Shown: positions 39,727 to 53,092 of the stretch, one piece after another
Position numbering within the stretch: position 1 is the stretch's first letter
Layout of the letters: every line of letters begins with the position of its first letter
Assembly: GCA_047495785.1 (NCBI GenBank)
Contig: JBLDXI010000017.1
Location: 3,100,001-3,164,000 of the forward strand
DNA from: Lepidodermella squamata
Lineage: Eukaryota; Animalia; Gastrotricha
DNA: 64,000 nt
Reading direction: 5' to 3'
Made by a program: the position numbers and the translations under genes
The notes under the pieces: model-generated
Seen by the model: only the letters and a program-made list of their open reading frames with translations
What the model was told of the DNA's origin: nothing
Database searches by the model: none

Positions 39727-41827
39727 TCAGGCTCTACCGAGAAATTTTCGGGCCTGATTGTCGAAATACACAAGAGCAAGACATGTCCAAGTCCGCAGCG
39801 GGTTAACAATAAATGCAACCAGGCCGTAAGATTGAGCATCACAATAAGCCGCCCACAACTGCCATAAAATAAGAAACTGGAACAACAGCCGCTGGGCTAT
39901 TCTCGTGGGCCGCCACCGATTGCTGTGGGCAGGCGAGAAGAGCCAGGCGAAATAGAGTAGGAGAGGCATGTAGAAAGTCACAACATTGAGAAATCCTTGG
40001 AAGGCAACAACGGCGTCAGGAATGAAAGATCCGTCGTCGAGTAGCAAAACTCCATGGCCGAAAACGAGAGCATAGCGAGAAGTCAAAGCTTCACCCATCA
40101 GCCATGGTCCGAAAATCGGATAGGCGTAGATGAAGACCAAGGTGGCAAACAGCAACAAAGGAACCTGGGCGAAGGCGACGAAGCCTTTCATCGGCACGAA
40201 GCGTAAAAACCAGCTGGGCTGGTAACGAGCACTCATGAGGAGAATAATGCATAACAAGGTCGAGGCAATAAAGCTATTTCGACAGATCTTTGGGACATTT
40301 GACAAAAGAATGAGTGAGGCGAAAGGCCCGCCGATGTTGCTAGGCAACAACTGTGAGGCTCGACCAGTGTCGACAAAAAACGTGACTTCTTCCACAGCTT
40401 TTTGCCGTTTCACGTCAACAACAACAACCTCGAGCCGATGAAAAATTCCGACTAATTCATCCGGTTTCCAAGGCAACGTGTACATTGAATGAGAAACTGA
40501 ATGCCGCGTCGCATTTCCTAGGACTTTGCCGTTAAGCGAAACTTGAACAAACGCGATTTCCACATTCGAAAAGGCGAGGATTCGAATGTGAGTCGATTTG
40601 GCGATTTTTTCAAGTGGCTCGTGATTTGGCATAGCGTATAAAGCTTCTTTCGGGTTCGTGACCACGACAACCGGCCATTTACCAAGAGGGATATCGACGA
40701 AATTGAACATGCCATGATCGACAGATATCAAACGATACCTCTGGGTCTTCTGAAAATCGGCCAGTTCTAGTTCAAGTTGGCCGAGCGGAGCGTGCCTGGC
40801 ATACAGAGCCAATTCAGCGTCGTAAACCGAATGCAGGTGGCCGCAAATGTAAAGAGCGCCGTGCCGAATTACATTGCCGTCAAAAAGCCGCTTCTGAGAC
40901 GAAACTGTACCGCCGACAAAGATGGTCGACGCTGGATAGTGTCCGGACCATATCGCTAACTGCACTCCGTCTTTGGCTAAGCTATCGTCGGTTTCTCTAA
41001 AGGCATCCAGACTTGATTCGGGTAGAACCCCGAAAAAGTTATAGGGCCTGCGGAAACCCGGGTTAGGAGTGGCGTCAGTCGCTACTATTGCATATTGAGT
41101 CCCATTTACTGTGAATTTGTGAACAACATGTCGTTCTTTCGAGCTCCACTGATGGGCAAAGGGCGAAAATTTTCTGCAAAAACAAAGATCGAAAAGGTCA
41201 ATAAACAAGGAAAATCTTGCCTACCTGTATAGGTCATTAGACACAGAGCCAACATCGAATTTATCGTGGTTTCCACGCATATCAATCCAGGTTACTTGTT
41301 CTTTCCCAATCGAGGTCTCACCGGTCGCCAAATATTGATCGAGTAACTTGCGATACTTTTGCCATTCAGACAATTCTTGGCCTGAGTGAAGCAAATTCGC
41401 TTGCTTAGCGTCCGTTAAATCGCCTGATAGAAAAACATAGAATGAAACCTTCACTACTGTCAGCAAATTTGTTTTTCTCACCTGTAGCTACAACTGCGAG
41501 AGGTTTTATGCTTGGAATAATTTCAGACAGAAACAGCTCCAAATTATCAGGTATGTGAAAGTTTCGGTAAGAGCTTATGTGAATGTCACTGATTTGTAGA
41601 ATCCACCAGATGTGGCTGTTATCCTCACTAGGATACGCGTCTCGGAGACTGGGTGACATTGTAAACTGTTTCGAATCGATGACATCGGTAGCTGGAACGG
41701 CGGCTAGCAGCGTATCTGCGGCCAGGTACAAAAACAGGGAGATGCAAACGAGTAAAATACCCGTGGCATTTCCACTCGCCGACTGGACGCACGGACTTAT
41801 CCGGCTTTTACCTCTCTGTTCATTCAT
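39727..41827 (-). CDS. TMEM62-like metallophosphoesterase membrane protein, copy B
   Basis: QISDIHIS, TGDLTDAK, DMRGNHD, RRPYNFFG, GHYP, ICGHLH, ELELADF; multi-TM C-terminus. Confidence 0.88.
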
Positions 41828-41985
41828 CAAATAGACTCTAAAAAGCCTTTGGATACAAAATAGTTTTACTGATTGTTTCAATCTCAAAAAAGTGCTATAA
41901 AAATTATTGACAATCTTGAAATGTAAAAATTATTTTCACCGCTTATTAAAACGAAGAGATTTCATCTAAAATATTCACACGGTTA

Positions 41986-44047
41986 TCAGTCCTTCAGCAG
42001 AGGTGTAGTAACAGTTGATACTTGTTTGAGATCAGAGTGATTGTTTTTCGAATGATTATTCACGGAATGAACCTGCTTCCCTCGACGGCGAAAGCTGATT
42101 TCGACATAAATCAGACAAATCACCATCCAAACTTGAGGAATGTTGGTAACAATCGCCAACCAACCGTAGGCCAGCGACAAGAAATAAGCACGGCGAAGTT
42201 GAAAGTAGATAATAGTCCCTAGGAGGGTCTTACAGATTAGCCACTTGTATAGCTGACGTCTCGTGCTAATTTGATTGGTTTGCCCAAAGGTTAACATAAA
42301 ATAGAAAATAACTGGCACGGTGAAACGAGTGATGTGAGCGATCCCTGCATAAGCGATACTGGGCTCTGTTATGTACTTGCCATTTATGAGCAGGACGCCC
42401 AGAGGAAAAACTACCCCGTAAGTGCCGCTCATCATCATCCCGAAGAACCAAGGACCAACCGAAGGGTAGATTATTATGAAGAAAAATAATTTGTAAATCA
42501 TTCCTTTTGCAGGCTGTGAGGCCGAAGTCGATTTTTTCATCTTTTTGCTAGTTGCCCAAATATGGCACATGTTTACCTTATCATAGTAACGCATTAGAAA
42601 AATTAAAAAAGTGACCAGCATTGTCAGAGAGTAAAAAATGGCATAGAGGCTGTTTTGCAGACTATTAAGCAACAAAAATGACGCGAGAAAGCCACCGGGG
42701 GCCGGCAGCGAGATTCCATGAAGAGATAGCCAATAACCGTATGGCTTGACGAAGAACTCGACCCTTGTTCTCGAATTAACGTTGCCACTCTTGTCAACGG
42801 CAACCACTGTGATTTCGTGGAAAATGTTCAAATCTAGCGTCGATGGATTCCAACGCAAAGTGTAAAAATCCGGGTCGGTTTCAGAGGCCATTGCGTTGCC
42901 TATCACTTGGCCATTGAGCCGAACTTGAATGTACTCAATGCCATACGGCGAGAACACGAGCATTCTGATGTGAGTAGATTGCATGATTTTTGATATTGGT
43001 TCGTAAGCAGGCATAGCATAAGCAGCTGGTTTAGGGTTCGTCACAAGAACAATAGGCCAATCGCCCATTTTTACGTCAACGAAAGACATCAAACCATGGT
43101 CAACAGCCAGAATACGGAATGTACTGCGGCGGCGAAAATCACTCAACTCAAGTTCTAATTGACCTGACGGGTGACGGGCGTAACATTGCGGCACAAAAGA
43201 CCTGAAATCGTGGTAATGGCCGCATAAATACGCGGCTCCATGCCTAATTTCGTCATCACCATTAATATTTGCAAAAAATACTCAATTAAAAAAATTACTG
43301 AACAACGTTGCCCAAGATGGTTCGAGATCCGCCAGATAGAATCGACGCGGTGGGGTAGTGACTAGCCCAAATTGTTAGTTGATTAGAACGGAGCATTTCA
43401 TCAGTCATTCGCAAATTTTCCAAAGTTTCAGCGGATAGATAACCGAAAAAGTTGTAGGGCGCACGGAGGCCCGGACTTGGAGCAGCATCTACGATCACTA
43501 TTCCATAGCTAACGTCATCGATGCTGAACTGGTACACAATGTGCTGATCCTGGTGGAGTAAAATTCCGGTATTTGCGCTGTCATTTGATATCGAGTACAT
43601 TGCATAGAGATTCTGGTAGTGACTTGGTGAAGGAACGTCAAACGAGTCGTGATTGCCACGGGTATCCAGCCACATCGGATATCGAATCAGTTTATTTGTA
43701 GAGATTCCAGCCAGATATCGCTGAACAATTTTGCGATAACGGCGCCATTCTGCCAATTGCTGACTAGAAAGCGGGTATTGTCTGGGAGAAATCGCGTTGG
43801 TAATATCACCGGTTGCCAAAACCACATGCGGCTTTATCACAGGTAGAATATCGGTAACAAATTGCTTGAAATTTCGGATGGATTCGAAGTTTTGAGCCGA
43901 GCTGAGATGCACGTCCGACACTTGCACGAGCCACCACAAATGCGATGGTTCAGCACCTAGAACTACATCGTCGCCGATTGTACTCGAGTTACCGGCCGAA
44001 GCTGATTCCGCTAGCCACACCACCGCGATCAAAGGGATTAAAATCAT
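41986..44047 (-). CDS. TMEM62-like metallophosphoesterase membrane protein, copy A
   Basis: QVSDVHLS, TGDITNA, DTRGNHD, RAPYNFFG, SHYP, ELELSDF, AVDHGLMSFVD; multi-TM C-terminus. Confidence 0.88.
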
Positions 44048-44166
44048 TAAATCCCTAAAATTAATTGAAAGTTAGGTAAAATTAATATTGTTTATGCTAG
44101 CAGTGGGAAATTTCGTCACGAAAGGCTATTTCAGTAATCAAGCACATAACATTAGATGCGGTTACA

Positions 44167-46300
44167 TTAGCGACGAGATGATAGCAAATGCGAGGAGATG
44201 CTCTTGGTACGGCCGTCGAAAATCAGGGCGTTGTCAACAGGCACGAATTGACCAGTGATGAGCTTCACGGCTTCGTGGGATATGATACCACCCATCACCG
44301 GGGCACACACCTCCGGACTTTGAGCACAGCAGATGAGTTCGGACAGCAGTTCCGTAGGCTTGGCAAGTGACGGCGCTAATTTCGAAACTTGCGTTGAAAG
44401 CTCGTTGAGGTCACTGGGCAATGGCAAGCGGCCGTTTGTCGAACAGAATTCGTCGAAAGCGCGCATGGCAACGTAGTGCTCGAAATGAGACCAAGATTCG
44501 GCGGATTGGATATCTTCTTGTTTCAGCGAAACACCTCGAATAACCCTCAAGAAAGCGGCATTTCGACAAAACAGTTGAACATCGGTGAAATTCGGCAGTT
44601 TTTCAGGTGGAACACCACGCTCTTGGCCGATAGATAGCACAATGCGATGAACAACCGATGCGTCATTATCCGCCTGATTTCGATACGCCTCTTGAAGGGA
44701 GACGAAACGAACAGTGGATGCACTGATATCAGGAATTGAGCCTCGAAGCGGAAGCGGGTAACGCATATTTGACCGAGTTTTGATGAATTGACGCAACCCA
44801 GCGCACATTAACCAGAATGGCTCGGTGGATTCGTCGACGTTTTTATCGGCAAGAGTTTCGGACAATTCACTCGGTATGCCAGCTCGAGCAGTGAGAGCTG
44901 CATTCAAGCCTTTTATGGCTTGCTGGTAATTTTCCGCCTCCTCGTTATTGTCAACATGAGCATCAGCGTGTGCTGCTTCTCGAATTCGTTGTTTAATTTG
45001 ATCCCTCTCTTTCGAGGTCAAAATAGTGCCATCGTTGCTTGGGAATAGTTTACGCAAGAAGTGAAGCACAATCAGCGGCCACGGAACTGAACGTCGATCG
45101 TGGGGCGTGAGTTCGTCGAAGTTCAGCAGGCCGTATATCGCATCGAGCCCGGGGAAAGGTTCCATAAGGCGTAAATCTTCGACAGCGTATTCAACGTGAG
45201 TTTCGATGATTGGGTAGACAGGGGGTAGGCAAGTTCTTGAATAGGCCATCAAACCAATCGTTGTACAAGTGATAACAGGCACTGGCAAGATTCGTTCAAC
45301 TAATTCGTCCAAATCAGGCTTCAAACAAAAAATAATTAGGGCACGATGAGTAAATAATTAATCATATTTATTTACCACCAAATTCGGGTTGCAAATAATG
45401 ACACAGCTAGGCCGTTTGCTGCAGGCATTATCGTGGTTTTCCTGGTGGATAAAATCAGCTAGGTGAGCTGTGCTCTTGAGGCGCAGACAGCTGATGGAAG
45501 CAGAAGGATTGAATAGCTTGGTCCAATGCGCCATTGCATCGCTAATGGACTTATTTTCAAACCCATGCATAGGGGGTAGGGCCTGGCGTGCGCTCTGTGA
45601 AAGGAGGACGAGAAAATATCAATAAATTCTGTGAATATTTGGGGCACCTGCGCACATTGCACTGTGGAGTTCAACCGGTGTGTAGCAACGATGAATCGAT
45701 TGGTTTTAATTATTAATTCAAATACGCCGTAGTTATGGGCTACGTCGTGCATAAACGGCGTTCGAAAAACGAAGAAATAATAAAACAAACGTTTTCAGCG
45801 GAGACAGCTGGCCCGGTATCGACGAAAACCAAACAGCCGACGCCAGCGAGAGAAAGGTTTTTCGCTACCTCGCTCGCAGTCATTGAATGCCCCATAACGT
45901 ACACGCAACCGGTCGATAACGCCGCCTGCCCATGGTCGCCCCATATTCGAATCTGACGATCGTATTTAGCAGACACGTTAACGTTTTGCGCAGACGTGTT
46001 CCCATTCGAGACGACAGATAATCGGGCGCCTACGCCGTAGATAGGCCTAGGCTCATTGTTCACGCTATTGATCGATCCTTCGCAAACATTGCTGTTGTCT
46101 TCCATAGAGTCCATGCGCGACTTCTTAAGACACGGGGTGCTGGGCGACGATCGGTTCGAGGAGCTGTCAATACACGCGGGGGTATCAGGGGGTGAGATAG
46201 TTGGCAAGCTGTGCTTATTTCCAGACGTGGTAGTTTTTGTGGTGTCTTCGTTCAAGGGTGCTGCTTCATCAATACTAGCAACGGGTTGCGCAGAAAACAT
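44167..46300 (-). CDS. NAE1: NEDD8-activating enzyme E1 regulatory subunit (APPBP1), multi-exon
   Basis: KYDRQIRIWGDHGQAAL, SEVAKNLSLAGVG, DLRL..PFP, LPLRGSIPDI, GGIISHEAVKLITGQFVPVDN. Confidence 0.9.
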
Positions 46301-47402
46301 CAAGCTACTCCAGCTCTATATATCACCACCTCGCTGCTTATCTCTCTTTTCACTTTATCACCTAAATTTCGATTCAAAGCAAATAAAACCATGATTAATC
46401 GAGATAACAACAAAAAACAGACAACACTGAAAATTCCAAAACCAAGGTTTTTACTGTATAGGACAATATCGTATATTTAACATATGATAACTTTTGATGA
46501 TGGCAATAACATTGATGAAGTGAGGGAGTTTTTATCAACTATTTCGAATAGTTCCAAAGAGAATGAAACCAAAGATGATTCTTTACAGGAAATGCAATAA
46601 GACAGAACCAGACATTTTCCGGTCAGGGGTGGTTAAGAAAACTCTGCTCGATCAAAATTTGCATAAGTAAGCTATCGTGCACGCACAGAGTTCTTGCCAG
46701 CTAGTTTATGAAGGGGAAAGAGATAGCGTCGCCTGGTCTGGGGGCTTAGCTACCAGCATTAATCGTTATTATCAATTCAAATCAAGTGGATAGTGTACTT
46801 TAGTTCATAAGGGTAACACATGTTAGCTTAGATTAACAGCTATAAAGAATGTTTTGTTTCGCTTGCAATTTGAGGTGTGAAGAATTTGCAAAAGCAAATA
46901 TTTCTCACTGATCATCAGAAACGAAGTAGTTACCTAGTTAGTGAAACATCGCACAGTCTTCCAACACGCAAGAGCATACGCAGTAGCACAACACAATCGC
47001 ATGACCTGTTGGAAACAAATCATATTTACAGAACGAAGCTGATATGATATTGAAGAAGACCAAGAGCAAAAGCAAAAAATTAATGCGCGAAAACGCGTTA
47101 AACAATATTTTATCAAGAATTATGAGCTCGAAAGAGGCCTAGATACGTTTTCCTGTAATAATATTCACTGAATTGACACATGTAGCCATTAGATAGATAG
47201 TGATAATTACTATTTTAACGAAGGCCAACTCCACGTCGCTCGACTAAACTCGGTGGCTTGAGTAATTACTTTGTATATGAATGCAAATATAAGTGTAGAT
47301 AGTTATACATATTCAAAGAAGAAGCAAGTCGATACAGAATAATACGCACGTTATATCGCGAAAGTTACACGCTGAACGTTCCTGCCAGAGTTGAATTTTC
47401 AC

Positions 47403-48891
47403 TCAAATGTTGTCAATATCTAGATCCTCCATAGCCTCCTTCTTTCCTTCCTGGGCTCCAGGGGCCTGGATCACTTCAACGACACCGACCTTGCCACTGT
47501 GGCTGAAATCGACATGAAGGTCCGAGTCGGCTTCTTCCTCTTCTTCAATTTCTGGCTCAGCTTCTTCGTCCGACTCTTCCTCTTCAGCCTCCTTCAGCCA
47601 TGCCATGAATGGCTCTGCGGCAGCGTGGATTCGCTTGGAGATTTCTGAACCGACGTAACGTGAAGACGCCTTCTTGTCCCAGTCATAAAAGCCCTGCTCC
47701 TCAACAACATCAGCCATGTAGAGAATTTGCAACAACGGTGGAACTCGTTGCTTGATCTCAGTTTCAGTCAGACCTGCAACCAGCTTCTCGACTCCTCCAA
47801 GCAAATTGCGTTGGGCACGAACATTTTTGTAGGTGAACTAAATTTAGATTCACATGATCAACACATTTCATTCAGTATATATTAAGCTTACCTGATGAAG
47901 TATATGCTTGCATCCCTCTAAATCCTTCTGGAAATTTTTCAGCGACACCAGCACGTCCATCAGGAGCAGTGGCGCTTTGTCTTTAATAGCCAGAGCATCG
48001 GCTCGCTCGTACACTAGCTTAGCTGACGCAATTAGCTGCCCACTTGCCAGTAAATTTTTGCAGTAGGCGTAAAATATTTCCAGTTTCTCTTCCTCCGTTT
48101 TCTCGGATTCGTCAGTCATGATGAGGTTTCGAACGTGTTCAGAAAGCTGTTGCTCTTCTTGGCGACGCCTAGCTTCTTCCTCGGTATCTTCCAACCAATC
48201 ATCATCATCATTATCATCAGCATGTTCGCCGCTGTCTTGGCTGCCAAAACCAGCTGAGCCATTCCCATTTTGCTCGGTTTTCGACTTCTTCGAGCTTTTT
48301 CCCTCTTTCTTGGTCTCTTTCTTTGTTACAACAGGTGACTCAGTTTGATCTGGCGGATGTTTGATCAAAAACGAAGAGAATCTGCTGACAGCTTCCACCT
48401 GGCCGGTGTGACCACATGCGATGCAAGTAGCTGTAATAACTTGCTTTTTCGAATTGATCTGCAACTTTGTCTCGGGGTTGCCGCAGCCCGTACAGAGGAC
48501 GTATTTCTCAATAAAACCATACAACAACTCTTGCAGACGTTCAGCGGTGTGTGCTCCATTCACAATATAGCGTTCGTTTTTAGTATCGACTTGGATCTGG
48601 GCACCGAGCTCGCATCCAAAGAATTTAGTCGGGTCTAGACATCGGCAATGAATAACCAGATAGAAGACCGAAATGAAAACTTACAAAGCGGAGGGCGCTT
48701 CAAAGCCCTGGAAATATCAACCATATTCACGATGACAGTCTTAATCCCGTTACCTCTTCCTTCAATCTGAATGGAATAATATTTAACCATTAGATCGGTA
48801 CATTGAATATTAGCATTACCTTAGCCACCAGTTTAGGCATTTTGTACCGTTCAAAAGTATCGGAAGTTTTTCTGATGTTGATCATCGACAT
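47403..48891 (-). CDS. EIF5: Eukaryotic translation initiation factor 5, multi-exon
   Basis: RYKMPKLVAK|IEGRGNGIKTVIVNM, YPTKFFGCELGAQ, FIEKYVLCTGCGNPET, W2 domain AEPFMAWLKEAEEEESD. Confidence 0.96.
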
Positions 48892-50908
48892 TTTGCTATT
48901 CTTAGTCGAATGTGGGGATCACAGTGATAGTGTATTAATGTATGACTCAAGCGATAGAAGTCCTCGAATTTGGCCGTCGACGTTCGACACCTTCGTAAGC
49001 GTAACCGTTGATTTTGTTGGTGAAACAACACAGCATGGGCTCGCGTATGTCCTTTGGGCTTTTTCCTCGCAGCTGCACTGTAAAATTGCGAGCGTAATGT
49101 CTCAAGATTCAGTTCGTTCGCACCTAAGCAATGGATGAGGTTAACAATTATTCAAACAGGTTAAACTAAAACATACCTTCAATTTTCGACAATGTCATAT
49201 ACAAACCAACCGCTATTGCAGAAATCCGCTTAATTCAACGCCCTTTCAATGAAACTCTAGGTAAAAACAGAAACGTAATTAATATATTATTTGCCAATCA
49301 TATCTGCTCAAAAATCAACAGGGTTCAACGATACAGCGCACAGCTAGAGAAAATGCCAGGGAATACAACTGGAAGACTGAAACGCGATTTGAAACCTGGG
49401 CTGAGTATCTGAGAAGCCGAACTGTATAATTGAACCTGAGTAATGAGTAATGATTCATGCTGAAGGAATAAGAGAATGATGCAACAGGAAAAGAAGAGAA
49501 GTGTCAATAAATCCCAAGGCTTCATGCACCCAAGTAATTGATAAAACCCGAAACGTTTGATTGTGCCTTATGTGATCTGTTGTCATGATTTAATAACAAT
49601 GAAAGCCAAGAAACTTTCAAGACAAGAAAGTAGCATTTGGTGAAATGCAGAATAGAAAAGCTTCAGTAAGATGTGACTAAACAAGAGAACGTTTAATTAG
49701 AGAATAGAGAATGGGAACAATCGCCAGGGCAGAATACAAAAGACTTTGTGCTTCTAAACTGCGAATATAGCCGTGGTATTTGGTCATGAGTAACAAGAAG
49801 ATTCATCCAGCCGCGGCGTGGCAGATGGCGGGAGGCATGGAATGGATGTCATTAGTTGGTTGCTATGAATTTGGAATTTCCAAGGACCATAAGGACGAAA
49901 GTCATGAATAATTCCGAGCTGAGGATAACGTTTATCTGGCATGCCCTCAGAATTTTCAGCTTGCACTCTCATTTCTCATCCCGCATCCCGGTGAAAAATC
50001 GTGGGTCGTGGAAAAAAAGAGCAAGTAGTTTCGTTGTGAGCTTCTTGCCGTGTGTGTTGCTCATCCCCCTTACGGATCTCCTTTTTCTAACACTCCATTT
50101 TTCCAAAATCTTCAATTTCCGAAATAGCGCAGCCTTCCACAAAATAAATTCTGAACATTTTTCCATTTCGTTGTTTAAAGTCAAATAAAGTTCAAAAATT
50201 AAAAACCGACAGTACAGTGCGCACAAAAAGTCAGGTCCCATCCTGTTTTCCGCTGCAGCGAGAGCTACCGCTCAGAAATTAAAATAAATTAAAAAATTGA
50301 GAGAAAATATGAATTCCGTTGCGAAATTTGAAAAATAAATGCACAGAAAAACATGACGCTAAAACCCTCAATCCAGGTTGAGCGGGGAAAGTTGTGAAGT
50401 AAGGGATTCTTTGTTTTGGATTATCTCGAAATCTAGGACGGTTGCACCCCAGGATTTCTCGAATCTACCAGTCGTCAGGTTTCGAAGAATCCGATTTAAT
50501 AACAGAATACACATGTTACCGTCTTCAATTCTGATATACATACCCTTGAAATAGAGCACTTTCTGCAAAAAAACGACATTTTCCACTGGATTTGAACATA
50601 ATTTTTACTTTCCCTCAGATCCAAGCACGGTAACCACATAGTTTTTTTAGCATGCCTTAAAGGTTGAAACTCCGCGAGTATTTTTGGTTCATAAAACCCT
50701 TGTGTTACCGTTTTCAAAATTTAGGTTCTTAAAGAATTGAATAACGCCTGCAACATCCCAGCCAAATTGATAAATTAAATTTGAGCCCAATTCAAAAGTT
50801 GAAACGGTAACATGTCCTTTTTATTTGCGTGCTTTAAAGAATCGAGATATGAGATTAGTTTTTCGTAAAGAAATCCATAAGGTTCCGTGTTCTTTTTCTA
50901 GATTCACC

Positions 50909-51556
50909 ATGTCTTCGCCCAGCTCTGCCAGTTCTGATCTTCAGGACGAAATTAACTGCAAAGTCTACGATATTTGCCGGAAACCCGCGCCTTCCTCAAT
51001 CTTTTCGACACCATATATTTTTTACTTCTTCTCCGACTTCTTCTCGTTTTCTCTGACATCGTCCTTGATCATTTTAATGTTCTGCGTCCTCAAGATCACG
51101 TCTTTCGCCCTGTATGGTAAATTTTTCAGTCTCATCTTTTGCATCATTCGACTTGTTTTAATCCTGGCTTTGTTGCTTTATTTTAGTGGATTTTCTTTTC
51201 TTCTTGGATTTTTGTTTCTTGCCATTGATTTTCATCCGTTTTTTCTTCATATTTTTACTCAGTCAAAGCATTATTGCGCTCTGCTGATGAAATTTCCTCC
51301 TTCTACGGATAAACCTATCTCGCTTGCCGAATTTGATCGCCTTTCAATAGATTACACGAATTCGGAGTTGCAAAAGCTGAGAAATTACGTCATGAGTCCC
51401 CAATGCAATCAATGGAACCTCGTTCTGCGCCTTCGCAATGCAACACAGTTCGCATATGCTATCGATAACAATGAGATGAGGGACTGCAACTTTATGCCCG
51501 AAGTCGGTGATGAGAAATCTGAGGCTGACAGCATTAGCTCACTTGATTCGGATTGA
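50909..51556 (+). CDS. NEMP1/TMEM194-like inner nuclear membrane protein (truncated, 215 aa), transposon cargo
   Basis: Several hydrophobic TM segments, then FPP..ISLAEF..YTNSELQKLRNYVMSPQCNQWNLVLRL..QFAYAI, matching the NEMP nucleoplasmic motif (LTEEEY..ETxKALxELRxxCxSPxCxxWxxVxRL..RFAxFV); acidic tail. Confidence 0.8.
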   Translation: MSSPSSASSDLQDEINCKVYDICRKPAPSSIFSTPYIFYFFSDFFSFSLTSSLIILMFCVLKITSFALYGKFFSLIFCIIRLVLILALLLYFSGFSFLLGFLFLAIDFHPFFLHIFTQSKHYCALLMKFPPSTDKPISLAEFDRLSIDYTNSELQKLRNYVMSPQCNQWNLVLRLRNATQFAYAIDNNEMRDCNFMPEVGDEKSEADSISSLDSD

Positions 51557-51738
51557 GAACTTATGCCGTAATTTCTCTACTCACAACTCCGAACTAGTCT
51601 AATCTATTGCGAGACTTTCAATTAGGCATTTAACTTTGTTCTCTTCATCTCCATTTTTCATGTCCCTAATCTGTAATTGTGTAACTACGAAAATGAAATT
51701 TTTACTAATTTTCAGTCTTTTGTTTTATAGATATTATT

Positions 51739-52866
51739 ATGTTCACAACTGAGGAGAGAATATTTGCTTTCAATAATACCAAAGTTCCCTACCGACAGTT
51801 TTGTGAAGCTTGGCGAAATCGGTTTGAAAGTAACCCCCCGAACAGAAAATACCGCCTACGTCTTGTCAAGAAATTTAATCAGTCAGGATCGATCCATAAC
51901 TTGCCGCGATCAGGTAGACCGCGCTCTGCTAGAACGGACGAAAATATTTATCACACTGCGATTGCGTTATGTGAAGACATTGCTGACCCCGAAGTTAATA
52001 TTTCAGTTACGAGGCCGCGTGTCGAGGATATTGCGGACCATCTTATGATTTCCAAACAAAGCGTGCGCAATATCATACGTTTCAACTTGAAATGGCGATG
52101 CAAAACTGCATGCAGAGTCCATCAGCTGAATCAACAAGACATTTATCGCCGAGCAAACTTTTGTAGTGCAGCTCGAAGAATGCTGGAGATAGATCCGAAC
52201 TTCCTGGATATGATAGTGTGGACCGATGAAGCACTGTTCACGCTCAATGGAACAGTGCGTACTAGTTACTTGCGCTATTGGGGCGACCCGGCTGATCGAA
52301 GGAAATATTACTCAAAGCGCCGTGAGCACAGTGGCGTCATGGTATCCATTGGTTTGTGGAGATATGGCATTCTGGGTCCATTCTTCTTTGATGACTTGCC
52401 ACGGCTTGAGCCAAACCGACCCAAGGATAGGATCAACGCGGAAAAATATTGTCAGCTTCTTAAAGAGCGCTATTTTCCTGAAATTAATAGGCAATTTCCA
52501 ATGACCGACAGCGAGTTGCGATCTGATGTTTGGTTCCAACTCGACGGCGCGCCCATTCACACCGCCACTCAAACAAAGTATCTGCTTAACTTGCATTTTC
52601 CGGAGCGCTGGATAGGAAACAAAGGGCCTATGAATTTTCCTCCTTACTCGCCCGATTTAACGCCACTGGATAATAGTTATTGGGGCGTTCTTCGTACGCG
52701 GGTTTATCGCCGTCGGCCATCTACTCTTCCTCATCTCAAATGGCTCATTGAAGAGGAGTGTAAAGCCATGTCACTGGACTATATTGAAAAAATTTGCACA
52801 GTGGAAATGAAAAGACGAATCAAACTTGTGTGTCAAGAAAACGGAAACTTCATCGAACACATTTGA
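51739..52866 (+). CDS. DD41D transposase, 375 aa, intact
   Basis: N-terminal HTH with GRPR motif; WTDEA, QLDGAPIH, PPYSPDLTPLD; 41 residues counted between the 2nd and 3rd catalytic Asp. Confidence 0.95.
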   Translation: MFTTEERIFAFNNTKVPYRQFCEAWRNRFESNPPNRKYRLRLVKKFNQSGSIHNLPRSGRPRSARTDENIYHTAIALCEDIADPEVNISVTRPRVEDIADHLMISKQSVRNIIRFNLKWRCKTACRVHQLNQQDIYRRANFCSAARRMLEIDPNFLDMIVWTDEALFTLNGTVRTSYLRYWGDPADRRKYYSKRREHSGVMVSIGLWRYGILGPFFFDDLPRLEPNRPKDRINAEKYCQLLKERYFPEINRQFPMTDSELRSDVWFQLDGAPIHTATQTKYLLNLHFPERWIGNKGPMNFPPYSPDLTPLDNSYWGVLRTRVYRRRPSTLPHLKWLIEEECKAMSLDYIEKICTVEMKRRIKLVCQENGNFIEHI

Positions 52867-53092
52867 CAGTTTATTTTCGTTGACGATAATTTATTTGAAT
52901 TTTTGTATTTGTATGTTGAGTTACTAGTCAAATATTGTTTTACTGTCTTCCTAGTCAACATGCATGCAATATTAAAATTAAAATAAAATGACTTGTAGCA
53001 CCAGACTTTTACTATTGAGGCACGAAATTATAGGCAAGATTGTAATGCAACGAATATATTTTAGTCAGTGCAGTGATCATGCAGATGAAACC

